From NCBI GenBank assembly GCA_037440825.1, contig JBBITJ010000006.1, positions 30,448 to 45,763 of the forward strand: a stretch of 15,316 bases of DNA. Reading direction: 5' to 3'. The position numbers were made by a program, and so were the translations under genes. The notes beneath the pieces were generated by a model that was not told where the DNA came from, ran no database searches, and was given only the letters and a program-made list of their open reading frames with translations. Each line of letters begins with the position of its first letter. Within the stretch, counting starts at the first letter, position 1. Positions 14,852-15,316 of this stretch are shown here, in pieces. This stretch comes from Candidatus Micrarchaeota archaeon. GTDB lineage: Archaea > Micrarchaeota > Micrarchaeia > Anstonellales > Bilamarchaeaceae.

Positions 14852-15316
14852 CTAGCTGCATTGCAATGCCAGGGGAACGCTTCCCTGCTGCACGATTCTG
14901 GAAATGGCGCCCTGCTTGTAGAAGATGAGGACGTTCTCGAACTGCACGATCTCCCCGGGCGCGGTGCAGGAGCTTCCCCCAATTTCTATTTCTATCGTTT
15001 TCCTTTCGAAGGGCAAGAAGTAGAGCGGAGGATTGAAGTAGTGCCTGTTGCCGTCCATCTCTATCGCTTCCAGGTAGGTTGCGGAAGCCAGGTGGTTGCG
15101 CATCACCAACATCACGTAGGTGCGGTGCATGCAGACGTCAGCGTTTGAGGAGAAATTGGAGAGGTTGACGCCTTCTGCAGCGGAAACGTTGCCCCAGTTG
15201 CCTGTTCCGGATTCCCCCTGGCCCGCCAGGTAGAAACCTGAGTCAGAATTCCTGCACGCCTTGTTGTAGGAAAAGACGTTGTTGCTGCCCTGCACGTAGA
15301 AGCCGTAGGTGCTGTT
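14852..15316 (-). CDS. C-terminal part of a second beta-helix surface protein, paralogous to 11314-13851 (5' end outside the window)
   Basis: Frame is open to base 15316 (NSTYGFYVQGSNNVFSYNKACRNSDSGFY...). It aligns by eye with the 845-aa protein: NSACLNSDYGFY/NKACRNSDSGFY, GERKTV/FERKTI, GQLVQFDSV/GEIVQFENV, QAGTAPLIIVCS/QQGSVPLALQCS. Confidence 0.88.
   Translation of the reverse strand, partial: NSTYGFYVQGSNNVFSYNKACRNSDSGFYLAGQGESGTGNWGNVSAAEGVNLSNFSSNADVCMHRTYVMLVMRNHLASATYLEAIEMDGNRHYFNPPLYFLPFERKTIEIEIGGSSCTAPGEIVQFENVLIFYKQGAISRIVQQGSVPLALQCS

Overview
GC-rich archaeal genomic window. The gene content and style (TATA boxes about 22-24 nt before start codons, GGTGA-type ribosome-binding sites inside operons, FlaI/TadA-type ATPase, Orc1/Cdc6, tRNA-splicing endonuclease subunit, RNase Z, large LamG/beta-helix surface proteins) suggest a DPANN archaeon, most plausibly Micrarchaeota; this is inferred, not tested. 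The left part holds a minus-strand operon (winged-helix + long coiled-coil protein, type II/IV secretion ATPase, Pro/Ala/Lys-rich protein), divergent from a protein with four winged-helix repeats and an acidic linker. The middle part holds a small basic protein, an IS200/IS605-like interrupted hairpin, an apparently non-catalytic EndA subunit, a bPH membrane protein, Cdc6 and an orphan ORF. The right part holds an AmmeMemoRadiSam radical SAM gene with a 463-aa LAGLIDADG intein inside its CxxxCxxC motif, and two paralogous secreted beta-helix proteins with a shared C-terminal domain flanking rnz. A dispersed degenerate 7-bp repeat (consensus about GAAACYG) occurs at five places. No CRISPR array, rRNA or tRNA was recognised.
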